Source: a phage
Sequence record: PQ400055.1
Length of the DNA: 64,000 bases
Direction: 5' to 3' (one strand)
Position numbers and translations under genes: made by a program. This document shows positions 28,217-37,853 of this stretch, piece after piece. Position 1 is the stretch's first letter, and every line of letters starts with the position of its first letter. A model generated the notes under the pieces. That model was not told where the DNA came from, searched no databases, and saw nothing but the letters and a program-made list of their open reading frames with translations.

Positions 28217-28720
28217 TTAAATTAAAGAAAATTTGTAAATCTCTATCAGATCGCCGTTACACGCGTAAACTTCCTCGATCTCATCAAGGATCATGGTCGT
28301 CCCTGTCTTGTATATGCACTCGCGCTCATCTGCCAACATAGCATACAAAGACAGTCGAGTAGTCGGATTGTCATACTCTTTAGACACCACTCGGTCAATA
28401 GCATGTTCGTAATAATTCATGCAAGGCTTGGTAGGTTTTATTGCAATAATCTTTCCTGTTGCATAAACATCGGTTGCAAAGTCCTCTGCTGTTGATTGTA
28501 GTGGCGTAAAGCTCATAGGACGCTCTACAACGAAAGAATCACCCACAATTAAGGTATCCAGCTTACGGCCTTCTCTTTTGCTCACACCGCGATACAAGGC
28601 TTCATGATGCACTAACCGCTCAGTCTTTTCAATCAATCCATTAAGGATCGACATATCGATATTTTCTTTAGAGTTCATCACTTCATCAATGATGTTAAGT
28701 TCTTCTGGTGTAAATTGCAT
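28217..28720 (-). CDS. putative mono-ADP-ribosyltransferase (ModA/ModB-like)
   Basis: 167 aa; candidate R-S-E triad in order (ALYRG ... MSFTP ... DERECIY); T4 modA/modB position. Confidence 0.5.
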   Translation of the reverse strand: MQFTPEELNIIDEVMNSKENIDMSILNGLIEKTERLVHHEALYRGVSKREGRKLDTLIVGDSFVVERPMSFTPLQSTAEDFATDVYATGKIIAIKPTKPCMNYYEHAIDRVVSKEYDNPTTRLSLYAMLADERECIYKTGTTMILDEIEEVYACNGDLIEIYKFSLI

Positions 28721-28727
28721 AATAAAA

Positions 28728-28781
28728 AAGCCTCCAATCTTTCGACGGGAGGCATAATAAAACCATTATAGAGTAGTGTCA
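28728..28781 (-). promoter_or_regulatory. promoter followed by a stem-loop that contains the RBS of the ModA-like gene
   Basis: Minus strand TTGACA-17-TATTAT, then gcctccc-gtcgaaagatt-ggaggc-ttttttatt-ATG; the GGAGG RBS is the 3' arm of the stem. Confidence 0.5.
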
Positions 28782-28789
28782 ACTAATTT

Positions 28790-29314
28790 TTAGTAGCCGC
28801 GTTCTTGACGGGCGAAGTTTTCAGCATTTTTCAGATAGTACAGAATAAAGAGTTCTTGAGCGTCAATACCCAGCGGGATCATCTTTGACAGAATGAAGTG
28901 GATCGCGTCCACAAATTCAAATTTCACTTCAAGCTGATCTTCCGGTGACAGTTCAGAGAATTTACGCGCTCGCGCTTCTCCGTGGTTCTTTTTCCACATT
29001 TTCCAGATTGCACTTGCATCTTTACCATTGGACATTCCACCCAGCGATGTGTAAAGCTCTCGTGTTTCGTCTGCGATAGCGTCATCCATCCGTTGCATCC
29101 AATCCAGCATTTCACCGCAAGTCTCTAGCTTAGTTGGATTTGGGACCCAATCAAATTTTTCGGATAATGCAACCTGCAAACCAGTTTGCATTTCGAGCAT
29201 CACCTGAAACGGATCTTTACCTTCTGCAATAGCGTGATGATATGCGGCGATAGCCGCGTTAATATCTTTTTCGTTAACCAGACCAGCACAAGAATTAAAT
29301 TCTGACATATTCAC
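28790..29314 (-). CDS. 56: dCTP pyrophosphatase (gp56, MazG-like)
   Basis: 174 aa (T4 171 aa); C-terminus ...YYLKNAENFARQERGY and EFVDAIHFIL as remembered for T4 gp56; position before gene 61. Confidence 0.75.
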   Translation of the reverse strand: MNMSEFNSCAGLVNEKDINAAIAAYHHAIAEGKDPFQVMLEMQTGLQVALSEKFDWVPNPTKLETCGEMLDWMQRMDDAIADETRELYTSLGGMSNGKDASAIWKMWKKNHGEARARKFSELSPEDQLEVKFEFVDAIHFILSKMIPLGIDAQELFILYYLKNAENFARQERGY

Positions 29315-29322
29315 CTCATTAA

Positions 29323-30351
29323 TTAAAATTTACAATATTTCATAAACCGCATTTTAGCCATCAGACCTTGTACGGTGTTCTCTTTGATGTATTCCATGAT
29401 CTGGTCGCGTGTAGCGCCCTCGTCCTGAATCATGGCGTTAACGTCTTTAGAATGCCACGGGCAGCGATCCCACAAAACAATCTTTTCCCCTGCATTGATA
29501 AACTTTTCCAGTCGGTGCATTGTATCGGCAGACCGTGGTTCCGCATCAAGTACAAACACTCGCTGGTCTGGGAAAGGGATTTCATCTAATCCCAACGTAC
29601 CGCCAGTAATTGCACACCCGTTATCAATAAACAATGAATCGATCGGACCTTCTAAGAAATACACTGGTTTACTCGGATCGGCGCGTTCAAGACCATAGAC
29701 CTTACTCGCTAACTCGTGAGTTTTAATCGTCATATATTTGGTCTTTCCGTAATCCTTTCTCAATGCTCGCCCCTGAACGGATTCTATCTTGTTCTCGCGG
29801 TTAAAGATAGGAATAACTAAACGCGGTTCAGGTTGTGGATTCTTGAAAGTATCAGCCTTAATGTGATTTGCTACCTTTTGCCATTCTCTCGTGAAATACA
29901 GAAGATCCCATTTATCGTGGGGAATGCAACGATCACTGACATACTTTATTATAGGATGATTAGCCGGAAGAGTATCTAATCTCTCGCAGAAAGGCAATGT
30001 TTGCACTTTCTTAATCTCCGGCTTTTCTACCTTTTTCAGTGGCTTGAACGTGGTGTTCTTGTGGTCGCCTTGTTCCTTCCGTCGTTCCATAAGCCATTCC
30101 CTGAATAGGTCCGGCTTATACTGTTTGAGAAATTCACCTAACGGCTGATTGTAGTTACAGTTGAAACAGCCGCAACGCAAACTATCTTTATAGGTATAGA
30201 TACGGAATCGCGCTTGAGTATGATTTTTCTTTGAGTCACCGCAGATCGGACAACTACAGACCAGCGTAAATGAGCTAGTATGCAACCGTTTAAAATTTCG
30301 TTCGCCGTATATGGCTTTTTCCGCTATTTCATAATCTGCGTAGTAAATCAT
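29323..30351 (-). CDS. 61: DNA primase (gp61)
   Basis: 342 aa, same as T4 gp61; N-terminal zinc finger CSCPICGDS...CGCFNC and TOPRIM-like core. Confidence 0.85.
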   Translation of the reverse strand: MIYYADYEIAEKAIYGERNFKRLHTSSFTLVCSCPICGDSKKNHTQARFRIYTYKDSLRCGCFNCNYNQPLGEFLKQYKPDLFREWLMERRKEQGDHKNTTFKPLKKVEKPEIKKVQTLPFCERLDTLPANHPIIKYVSDRCIPHDKWDLLYFTREWQKVANHIKADTFKNPQPEPRLVIPIFNRENKIESVQGRALRKDYGKTKYMTIKTHELASKVYGLERADPSKPVYFLEGPIDSLFIDNGCAITGGTLGLDEIPFPDQRVFVLDAEPRSADTMHRLEKFINAGEKIVLWDRCPWHSKDVNAMIQDEGATRDQIMEYIKENTVQGLMAKMRFMKYCKF

Positions 30352-30360
30352 AATAACCTC

Positions 30361-30564
30361 TTATAGCTCAAATTTCATGAAAGTTCCTACACTTTCATTT
30401 TCATTCTCTCCGTTTTCATCTAAGCCAAATTTGTATACACTACCATCTGGCGATGTGTAAGAGAATACACGAAAACGGCCTACCGAATCAAGTTCTGTAA
30501 ATTCATATTCTTTTCCGGCTTCAAAAAGTGCATATGTGCTTTTAAGACATTTCATCGTAATCAT
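30361..30564 (-). CDS. hypothetical protein
   Basis: 67 aa ORF; start overlaps stop of the upstream small ORF (ATGA). Confidence 0.45.
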   Translation of the reverse strand: MITMKCLKSTYALFEAGKEYEFTELDSVGRFRVFSYTSPDGSVYKFGLDENGENENESVGTFMKFEL

Positions 30565-30719
30565 TTAAGCGCCACCGACAACAGAATGAGAACTACACCA
30601 ACATACATTGTGATCTCGGATAACTTTTCTGTTTTTGTTTTGTGTCCAGATAATCCGAAAACAACAACACCGATAATAGCGGACAGCAAGCCAACGATAA
30701 ACATGATGATACTAAGCAC
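30561..30719 (-). CDS. small two-helix membrane peptide (not in ORF track)
   Basis: 52 aa from GTG with RBS aaggag: VLSIIMFIVGLLSAIIGVVVFGLSGHKTKTEKLSEITMYVGVVLILLSVALK; ATGA coupling to the next gene. Confidence 0.4.
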   Translation of the reverse strand: MLSIIMFIVGLLSAIIGVVVFGLSGHKTKTEKLSEITMYVGVVLILLSVALK

Positions 30720-30888
30720 CGTCTTTCTCCTTTTTGCGTTTTTCTTTACCCGCTACACTAGGTCCACGATTGGTAATAGATCCGCTCGTTTCCCCTGCTG
30801 CGATCTTCTCAGGATTGCCGCCAGCATCGCCAGCGGTCATATCTTCTTTGAGTTTATTTTCTTCAACAAACTGTTTAAATCCAATCAT
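30712..30888 (-). CDS. small Gly/Lys-rich protein (not in ORF track)
   Basis: 58 aa; ATG overlaps the stop of 30885..31262 (ATGA). Confidence 0.35.
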   Translation of the reverse strand: MIGFKQFVEENKLKEDMTAGDAGGNPEKIAAGETSGSITNRGPSVAGKEKRKKEKDGA

Positions 30889-31262
30889 AGAATAATCTCT
30901 TTCAGTAAGTCAACAATCTGGTCTTTCGTCAGTTTATCCTGATTCTCTACAATCTTGATAACACAAGCATTAACATCTTTTCGAGTCACGCGGGAGATCG
31001 TTTTAATACGATGAAACGGTTCGTAGAAATATACTGCTTCATTATAGAGCGCAGCAATTTTTCGACGCATTTGATCTTTATCTGACAAGAAAACAAGTGC
31101 TGTTTTATGACCTTCTACACCCGCCACGTTATATAGTTCAGCAACACCCCAGCGACCTTCCGGTTCAATCATTCCGGCGTGTTTACCGTCGATAAAAATA
31201 AGAATATCTCCGTTGAATGCGGTTTTGAATGCTACATCTTCCGGCGTAATCATATTTTTCAT
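30885..31262 (-). CDS. hypothetical protein
   Basis: 125 aa ORF. Confidence 0.5.
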   Translation of the reverse strand: MKNMITPEDVAFKTAFNGDILIFIDGKHAGMIEPEGRWGVAELYNVAGVEGHKTALVFLSDKDQMRRKIAALYNEAVYFYEPFHRIKTISRVTRKDVNACVIKIVENQDKLTKDQIVDLLKEIIL

Positions 31263-31292
31263 AATATCGTCTCCTTAGAGTTTCATTATAGA

Positions 31293-31928
31293 TCAAGCGA
31301 ATGTAGAAAGCAAACGTTTTGTTTCTTTCAGTTGTCGTTCAAGATCTTTGCGTTTCTCTTTAAGTTGCATTTTAGCATTATTTCGCTCTCTTGTAACCTC
31401 TTTATCAATGCTCTTATTCCAGTTATCAATATCAGAATAAGTTGGCATACCCAATTCTAGACCTAATGCGGTTGGATACAGGGTAACAGTCCATAAACCG
31501 CTAATCTTCTTAAATAGGTCGGGGTGTAGTGTACTATCTACATCTTCCGGTGTCAACTCTTTTTCTTCTTTCAGTGGTGGGATCTCGTCATATGGTTCCA
31601 GTGCATTTACTTTAATATCAGATACCTCATCAAAGAATCCGCGTACATCCGCAGGAAATACACAAGCAATTTCCCAACCGTGATCACGCAGAGAAGTAAT
31701 ATTTTTCACTCCCCCACCATGTGTGATGATTGATGTGACATTGCCATCAAGGTCCACCGAATTTACGAGAAATGGCTTATCGTCTGTCAGATCATTATAA
31801 AACTGTGCTTCGGCTGTAGTCATCTCCAGAAACAGATCTCGGATCGGACGACCATCAGGTGCGTTACCTTCCTTGAGAGTATAAAAGCGACTTACGATCC
31901 ATTTTGGCGGTAAAGCATTAGCGATCAT
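31293..31928 (-). CDS. hypothetical protein
   Basis: 211 aa ORF between gp41 and gp61. Confidence 0.5.
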   Translation of the reverse strand: MIANALPPKWIVSRFYTLKEGNAPDGRPIRDLFLEMTTAEAQFYNDLTDDKPFLVNSVDLDGNVTSIITHGGGVKNITSLRDHGWEIACVFPADVRGFFDEVSDIKVNALEPYDEIPPLKEEKELTPEDVDSTLHPDLFKKISGLWTVTLYPTALGLELGMPTYSDIDNWNKSIDKEVTRERNNAKMQLKEKRKDLERQLKETKRLLSTFA

Positions 31929-31978
31929 GTTATATCTCCTATCAAATCATTCACCAGCGCCCCGTAGGGCGCATTTTA

Positions 31979-33391
31979 TTAGAAAGTCATGTTATTTGCT
32001 AGCTCGTCGAGTTTTTCTCGTTTCTCGGCTTGCTGTGCGCTTTGTGGTTTAACTTGTGCATTCTCCTGATCTGCGATCTGGTTTGGGACTTCATACCAAC
32101 GCTGATTGCCTTTTTTCACACCAACGTTAAACCGTGAATAATAGTTCTTATCACCGTAACGAGACTTGATCTGCTTCATGAGTTGGACGCCCATTTTAGC
32201 CAGGTCTTCGGTTTCGATAACACCCAACATAAAGTCGGCAGTAGCCGGAAGACCTGCTGATTCAGCGGTATCACTCATGTTAAGGTCGGAAGCATCCCAA
32301 CCAGCACGGGTAGTTTGTGCCGCAGTCCAACCAACAACATCCCACTTAACAAAAAATCCGCGAAGTTCTTCCGCAATCGCTTTAACGAGAGTGTAGCTAT
32401 TCTCAGAGTATACACGCAAGCGAGACGATGCGCAAATCCCCAGATAGTCAACAATCACAACATCAGGTTTAAACTGTTTCTTGAGTCGCAATTCATTCAT
32501 TAACGCCTCAAAGTGATTGGAGTTCGCGCCACCAGTCGGATACTGCTTGATCATCAATTTTCCAACCGGACGATCTCCGATCTTCTTATTCTTAACACGC
32601 TTCATACGTGCGGAATATTCCGCAAAAGAAACATTACCATTATCCAATTCATCTAATGTAATGTCAAGCAAGTTTGCGTCGATACGTTTGGCTACGACAT
32701 GCTCTGCCATCTCCATTGAGATATACAATACATCATAACCACATTCCATATAATCCGCAGCAAGAGAACATAATCCAAGCGATTTACCAACATTTACACC
32801 AGCAAGCAACACATTTAGCGTTTTTCTTTCCGCACCTCCTTTCGTGATTTTATTCAACATCGGCAGCTTAAACGGGATCTTATTCGCCTTAGTCTGATAT
32901 AGCAAGAATCGTTTTTCAAAGTCATTAAACCAGTCATGACCTACATCAGAATCAAACGTAATGGATAGTGCTTCCTGCATGATCTCAGGAATAGCACCCT
33001 CACTCGGCAATTTCTTATTCTGTTTCTCTTTTGGTAGTTGTGCGTTCGCCTGAATCTCTAGCGCCCGTGACATTGCATTATACATGGCACGGTCACGAAT
33101 AAATTTTTCGGTTTCCTTCATTAACCAATCAAGGTCTTCCGGTGTATTCTCAAGCGAATCAAGAAGAGTTTTAGCCCCTTCATATGTTGTCTGATTGCCT
33201 CTCTCCTTGTCTAAAGCAATCTGTAATGCAGTTGGCGTAGGAATGTTGGAATATTCGTCTACGTGCTTTTTAATCAGCTTATAAATCAGTTTTTCTTCGT
33301 CTTCGGTGAAGTAGTCCGCTTTAAGGTGAGGCCATACATTCGTAAAGAATGCGCCATTGTAAATCAACTGTGAAAAGATAGTTTTAATCAT
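31979..33391 (-). CDS. 41: replicative DNA helicase (gp41, DnaB-like)
   Basis: 470 aa (T4 475 aa); Walker A GVNVGKS and DnaB-like C-terminal RecA fold; adjacent to gp61. Confidence 0.88.
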   Translation of the reverse strand: MIKTIFSQLIYNGAFFTNVWPHLKADYFTEDEEKLIYKLIKKHVDEYSNIPTPTALQIALDKERGNQTTYEGAKTLLDSLENTPEDLDWLMKETEKFIRDRAMYNAMSRALEIQANAQLPKEKQNKKLPSEGAIPEIMQEALSITFDSDVGHDWFNDFEKRFLLYQTKANKIPFKLPMLNKITKGGAERKTLNVLLAGVNVGKSLGLCSLAADYMECGYDVLYISMEMAEHVVAKRIDANLLDITLDELDNGNVSFAEYSARMKRVKNKKIGDRPVGKLMIKQYPTGGANSNHFEALMNELRLKKQFKPDVVIVDYLGICASSRLRVYSENSYTLVKAIAEELRGFFVKWDVVGWTAAQTTRAGWDASDLNMSDTAESAGLPATADFMLGVIETEDLAKMGVQLMKQIKSRYGDKNYYSRFNVGVKKGNQRWYEVPNQIADQENAQVKPQSAQQAEKREKLDELANNMTF

Positions 33392-33705
33392 ACATAGCCC
33401 CCAACTACACGCATAACAAAGGTCTTGAGTTTATACCAGAAAGTTTCTTTTTTCAACTTTTCTTCTGCTTCTTTGATCTGCGCGGTTAACGCCTTAATGA
33501 CGTGTGGATATACCACATCACGATCTGACGGCGTGGAGTAGTCGACCACAATACCTTTAGTGTCTGTATCGTATTCAACATTATGAATATAGACAATATG
33601 ATGTTCTCCCTCTTCATCAACAATTATCAGTTCCTGAATAACTGTCTTCATTGCTTCTTGAATCAAGCCGTGTGCTTCTTCTAAACTTGTTGGTTTCTTA
33701 TCCAT
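33388..33705 (-). CDS. 40: hypothetical protein at gene 40 position (head vertex assembly chaperone)
   Basis: 105 aa with hydrophobic C-terminus; positional inference. Confidence 0.5.
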   Translation of the reverse strand: MDKKPTSLEEAHGLIQEAMKTVIQELIIVDEEGEHHIVYIHNVEYDTDTKGIVVDYSTPSDRDVVYPHVIKALTAQIKEAEEKLKKETFWYKLKTFVMRVVGGYV

Positions 33706-33725
33706 AATATAATCCTCTCTAGATA

Positions 33726-33750
33726 TGAAAAAGGGGCACGTAGCCCCTTT
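33726..33750 (-). terminator. rho-independent terminator after uvsX
   Basis: Minus-strand aaaggggc-tacgt-gccccttt followed by tttc. Confidence 0.65.
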
Positions 33751-33760
33751 ACTACCATTG

Positions 33761-34831
33761 TTATGCTAACATATCTTCGATTTCTTTGTCAACTGCTTCG
33801 TCGCTGATCACTTGCCCCAGCTTATAATGATCGTTGATTGCTTCGTTAAACTTATCGTTTGTCAGAAGTGGTTTCCAGAACTCAATGCTATTGGTTTCTT
33901 TAGCACGGAACTTGCGTTCTTCGGTTTCCATCTCTCCGGTCTCGGTATTTAGGATTGAACGAGAATACCAGCCGTTTGACGGTTTCACTACCCAGCCTAA
34001 ATCTACAGCCAATTCCAGCAACCCGGAATAAGGATCGATACCACCGCTAAATGTTACGCTAATCGGGAACTTAGATTTTTCTTTAACGGTTCGTGATTTT
34101 TCCGCATTCAGGATAAAATCATAACCAGTAATTTCGGTTCCTTCTTTCTGCTGACGACGACCAATAATGAAAACTTCATTGGCTGAATACATCGCGCCCG
34201 TACCGCCGGACATAACGGTCTTACTAAACATTTCTTGCGTTTCGTAAGTGTGGTTAATAGCGATGCACGGGATATCATTCATAGTCAGATACGGCGTAAC
34301 CATACGGAACAAGCCTTTAAGTGCTTTAGCTCGCGTCATATCCTGCGCTGATTTCTCATTAATCGCGTCTTCAACTTCTTTTTTGCTTGCTAAGTTACCG
34401 ATTGAGTCAATAAAGATGATCACTTTATCTTCACGGGTAATTTGCTCAAGCTGGTTCATGATTTCAAATTTCAGTTCTTCGATGTTCTTGATTGGAACAT
34501 GCACCACGCGATCAGGATCTACACCCATAGATTCAAGATAAGCGGACGTAATACCAAACTCAGAATCAAAGAACAAGCACGCCGCATCAGGATTCTGTTT
34601 CATGTATGCACTAACGCAAGTTAATCCCATGTTTGATTTAAAGTGCTTAGACGGACCAGCAAAGAAAATCAGACCAGATTGAAAGCCTTTTTTAAGATCA
34701 CCTGAAAACGCAATATTCAGCATCGGGATCTTAGTGCGAGTATTTGTTTTTTCGTTAAAGAAGCTGGATTTAGACAGTACCGCAGTAGTTTTCAGGGTAG
34801 AGTTCTTTTTCAGTTTTTCCAGTACAGACAT
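33761..34831 (-). CDS. uvsX: UvsX recombinase (RecA-like)
   Basis: 356 aa; RecA-fold Walker A GPSKHFKS and overall RecA-like organisation; position between 41/40 and 43. Confidence 0.85.
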   Translation of the reverse strand: MSVLEKLKKNSTLKTTAVLSKSSFFNEKTNTRTKIPMLNIAFSGDLKKGFQSGLIFFAGPSKHFKSNMGLTCVSAYMKQNPDAACLFFDSEFGITSAYLESMGVDPDRVVHVPIKNIEELKFEIMNQLEQITREDKVIIFIDSIGNLASKKEVEDAINEKSAQDMTRAKALKGLFRMVTPYLTMNDIPCIAINHTYETQEMFSKTVMSGGTGAMYSANEVFIIGRRQQKEGTEITGYDFILNAEKSRTVKEKSKFPISVTFSGGIDPYSGLLELAVDLGWVVKPSNGWYSRSILNTETGEMETEERKFRAKETNSIEFWKPLLTNDKFNEAINDHYKLGQVISDEAVDKEIEDMLA

Positions 34832-34842
34832 TATTAATACCT

Positions 34843-35031
34843 CTATTCAGTTAATCCGTAATACTTTAATTGCTTCATTGTTATTCGATCTTTGTAGTGC
34901 TCTTGAATTAACTTTTTCATCGCATCAACATCGATCGTCACAAATACTTCGTTGCTGTGATTTCCGTGAACTTTCTTGAAATGCTCTATGCCTTCCTCAC
35001 GTTCACGTTTAATCTTTTCAATGTCTCTCAT
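34843..35031 (-). CDS. hypothetical small protein
   Basis: Only ORF between uvsX and gene 43; ATG at 35031 chosen over the GTG at 35070. Confidence 0.4.
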   Translation of the reverse strand: MRDIEKIKREREEGIEHFKKVHGNHSNEVFVTIDVDAMKKLIQEHYKDRITMKQLKYYGLTE

Positions 35032-35092
35032 CGTATATTTCTCACGTTGGCGGGTATCGTCACCCAACACCCGCCATTATACACACTTTATC

Positions 35093-37771
35093 TTAAATGT
35101 CAAACAGGTCAGTCAGAGAAGCAACTTTCTCATATTGCAGCTTTGCAGCCGTGGTAATGTTCTCCAGTGGTTTGACGAAAGTCTTATTAAACAACAAAGG
35201 CCAGTCTAACCACTTTAACACCTCTGATTCAATTTCTGGAGGAATACGAGTACCGGACAACCAACCAAAACAGATTTCTCCAAACGGATTTCGATCTTTC
35301 AGCGGTACAATCATAACCTTCTCGCCCTCACGAATTGGATCTAGTCCGAATTTTCGAGCATTACGATTATAACACAATACACTCTTAACCGCATACGGAC
35401 AACCCTTAATCGGATACCCGTTTGAATCGCTGTATTTCTGTAGGTTGTTTGCAGATGATACCGCAGCAACCTCAAGATAATCAAGTTTTCTAAATTCTTG
35501 CTCAAAAATACCGTAGTATTCCTGCAATGACTCTTCACCTTCCTGCAACATACGGCGAATACATTCTTTCAGTGATTTCTGACATGCTTTAGGGGTGGAG
35601 CTACGTTGCGTTTCCAAGCCCATGATTTTTAGCTTAGGTTCAGCAAAGCGCGTTCCTTCCATATCCCAAACATTAAGAGCATAACGCTTTTTGCCAGTCC
35701 AGAATCCACCGATACCCGCAGATTTCAACGGAGGACCAGCAATTGCCTCACGGTCCATAAACATCAAGTGCTCATAGTTGTTCATGTACTCGCATAACTC
35801 GCGATATCCCTTGTCGATAATAGGTTCCATTCGATGTTTACCGAAATTATCAAGGAAGTCAACAAGTTTTTCGGTATCGTCGAAACGGTCTTCCCCGCCA
35901 ACCTTATCAACAACATTGTTAACCAGCACATAAACGGAGTCAGTATCACAATAACGAACATATGCAAAATCGGTTGTTCCGCAAAGCTCGTTTAAGTATT
36001 CGTTAATCTTACGCTCAATCCACTGAATTGCAAGCTGACCAAACAAGGTGATCGCACTAGCGTTACGGAGATCATAAAAACGGAATTTAGGATTCCCCAA
36101 CGCACCATAAAGGGAGTTGATCAAAACTTTTCGAGAAAGCTGGTTTGTATTGCACAAGATCGACTCGTCTTTACATTCTTCCAGCAATTTCTCTAAGGCA
36201 TCTTTACTTAATTCAGAAAGCATCGATTTAAACGCTTCATCAAAGTCGTGACGTACTTCAACGCTATAGCTAATGGTTCCCCCATAAACATGATTTTCAT
36301 CGTGTAGAATCGCTTTACAGAGTTCAGCATTGCGATCACATGCCAACATCATGTTTTTGTACTGCTTACGCTGATCGAATACCTTTTTAATCTCAATCGG
36401 TACGATACCGTGAATATCTTTTCTATACATCCATCCGTTAGGAGAGCAAGAATACTCATCACTCGGACGTGGTGCAGTTTTATTGATATACTCGTGCATC
36501 GGTGCAGCATCAAAAGATCCGGCGATTGTTTCCGGCGAAATGTTAACCTGTCGAATAATAGATGGGTACAGACTTGTTAAGTCAAAGCTCATCATCCAAC
36601 GGTAAGCATTCGGCACAGGTTCTTTTACGAATGCGCCTGGATACGTCTGCTTAGGCTGTATCTTATTTTCCGGTACTACTTTACCCTCAGCTTTCAGAGA
36701 TCCGAAGATAATAGCATCCCATACTTTCATCGGGTTATAAACATGGTTAAATTTAATCTTTGCATAGAAACATAGACTATACACAAGATCGATAAATCCA
36801 CGCTTTTTATCAATCGCCAGCACACGATCAACGTCGCCGATGTTATAATCGATGTAAAGTTGATGGTTGTCATCACGCAATTTCTTTAACGGACCATCAT
36901 AATCAACCTTACCGATTCCTGTCTCATATTCAGCAACATAATCTAACGCATATGTTGGTTGAGTCGTAAAGCTAAATTTCTTGTACAGGTCAATATAATC
37001 AAGGCTTTCGATCCCCATGATCGTAAATGCTTCACGCTCGTTGCCAAAATCATCCTGTGAGATTCGGGATTTAATCTTACCGCACGGGCTTAGACGGTTA
37101 GCGGTTCTACTTCCGAACTTATTACTGATACGTTTAATGATATATGGAATATCGAATGTTTCTGTGTTCCAGCCAGTGAAACCAACGGGTCGGTTTTCCT
37201 CAAAGAATCGGATGTATTCTAACAGCAATTCATCTTCTGTGTCATAGACGTTATAAACAACGCGCTCTACAATATCAGGTCGAAGAATAGACTTGCTTGC
37301 TTCCCAGATTTCACCGTTTTTTCCCTTCAAATCAAATACAAAGAAACGATCATGTACTGAATCATAATGCGTAATTGCATCGATAGGATATTTCGCTTCT
37401 TCTGGTTTAGGAAATTCTGGGGCAGTGACCTCGATATCAACCCATGCTACACGGATTTTATTTCGGTCATATCGAATCTCTCCTTTATACGTATCAGACA
37501 GATAGGAGATGATAAAATCATCCATCCCTAGCGCCTCTTGCCCCATTTCTCCCATCTTTTTACGCCATTTGTTGGCCTCGTTCATAGAGGGGAATTTTTT
37601 AGCAATGCAAGGCTTGCCATAGATATCTTTATAATTCGTAACCATACCAGGCGCGGCATGATGAAATAAAGTTGGCGTATATTCAACGTAACGCTCTTGT
37701 TCTTGTCCAGCATCATCAATATAACGCTCGTAGATCTTATCACCTACTCGCTCACATGACAGAAAATACAT
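35093..37771 (-). CDS. 43: DNA polymerase (gp43, family B)
   Basis: N-terminus ...VGDKIYERYIDDAGQEQERYVEYTPTLFHH...KDIYGKPCIAKKFPSMNEANKW matches T4 gp43; ATG at 37771 has RBS ggag and a promoter cassette upstream (track start 37801 lies inside it). Confidence 0.92.
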   Translation of the reverse strand: MYFLSCERVGDKIYERYIDDAGQEQERYVEYTPTLFHHAAPGMVTNYKDIYGKPCIAKKFPSMNEANKWRKKMGEMGQEALGMDDFIISYLSDTYKGEIRYDRNKIRVAWVDIEVTAPEFPKPEEAKYPIDAITHYDSVHDRFFVFDLKGKNGEIWEASKSILRPDIVERVVYNVYDTEDELLLEYIRFFEENRPVGFTGWNTETFDIPYIIKRISNKFGSRTANRLSPCGKIKSRISQDDFGNEREAFTIMGIESLDYIDLYKKFSFTTQPTYALDYVAEYETGIGKVDYDGPLKKLRDDNHQLYIDYNIGDVDRVLAIDKKRGFIDLVYSLCFYAKIKFNHVYNPMKVWDAIIFGSLKAEGKVVPENKIQPKQTYPGAFVKEPVPNAYRWMMSFDLTSLYPSIIRQVNISPETIAGSFDAAPMHEYINKTAPRPSDEYSCSPNGWMYRKDIHGIVPIEIKKVFDQRKQYKNMMLACDRNAELCKAILHDENHVYGGTISYSVEVRHDFDEAFKSMLSELSKDALEKLLEECKDESILCNTNQLSRKVLINSLYGALGNPKFRFYDLRNASAITLFGQLAIQWIERKINEYLNELCGTTDFAYVRYCDTDSVYVLVNNVVDKVGGEDRFDDTEKLVDFLDNFGKHRMEPIIDKGYRELCEYMNNYEHLMFMDREAIAGPPLKSAGIGGFWTGKKRYALNVWDMEGTRFAEPKLKIMGLETQRSSTPKACQKSLKECIRRMLQEGEESLQEYYGIFEQEFRKLDYLEVAAVSSANNLQKYSDSNGYPIKGCPYAVKSVLCYNRNARKFGLDPIREGEKVMIVPLKDRNPFGEICFGWLSGTRIPPEIESEVLKWLDWPLLFNKTFVKPLENITTAAKLQYEKVASLTDLFDI

Positions 37772-37803
37772 AATATAAACTCCTTCACTTACGAAAGACA
37801 CTC

Positions 37804-37832
37804 ATTATAGGGGAATCGACTTAGTTTGTCAA
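37804..37832 (-). promoter_or_regulatory. sigma70-consensus promoter upstream of gene 43
   Basis: Minus strand TTGACA-17-TATAAT between regA stop and the gp43 start. Confidence 0.6.
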
Positions 37833-37853
37833 TACCCCTATCCCATCAGTATC

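Noticed and set aside
31956-31980. Plus-sense terminator-like hairpin (gcgccc-cgta-gggcgc then attttatt) between gene 41 and the downstream gene
   Set aside because: T-tract is on the plus strand while flanking genes are minus-strand; could stop antisense or late read-through, but no plus-strand gene ends here, so left uncalled.
37772-37801. Upstream start (37801) for gene 43 given in the ORF track
   Set aside because: It would place the start inside the promoter -10 region; ATG at 37771 has a proper RBS and aligns with the T4 gp43 N-terminus.
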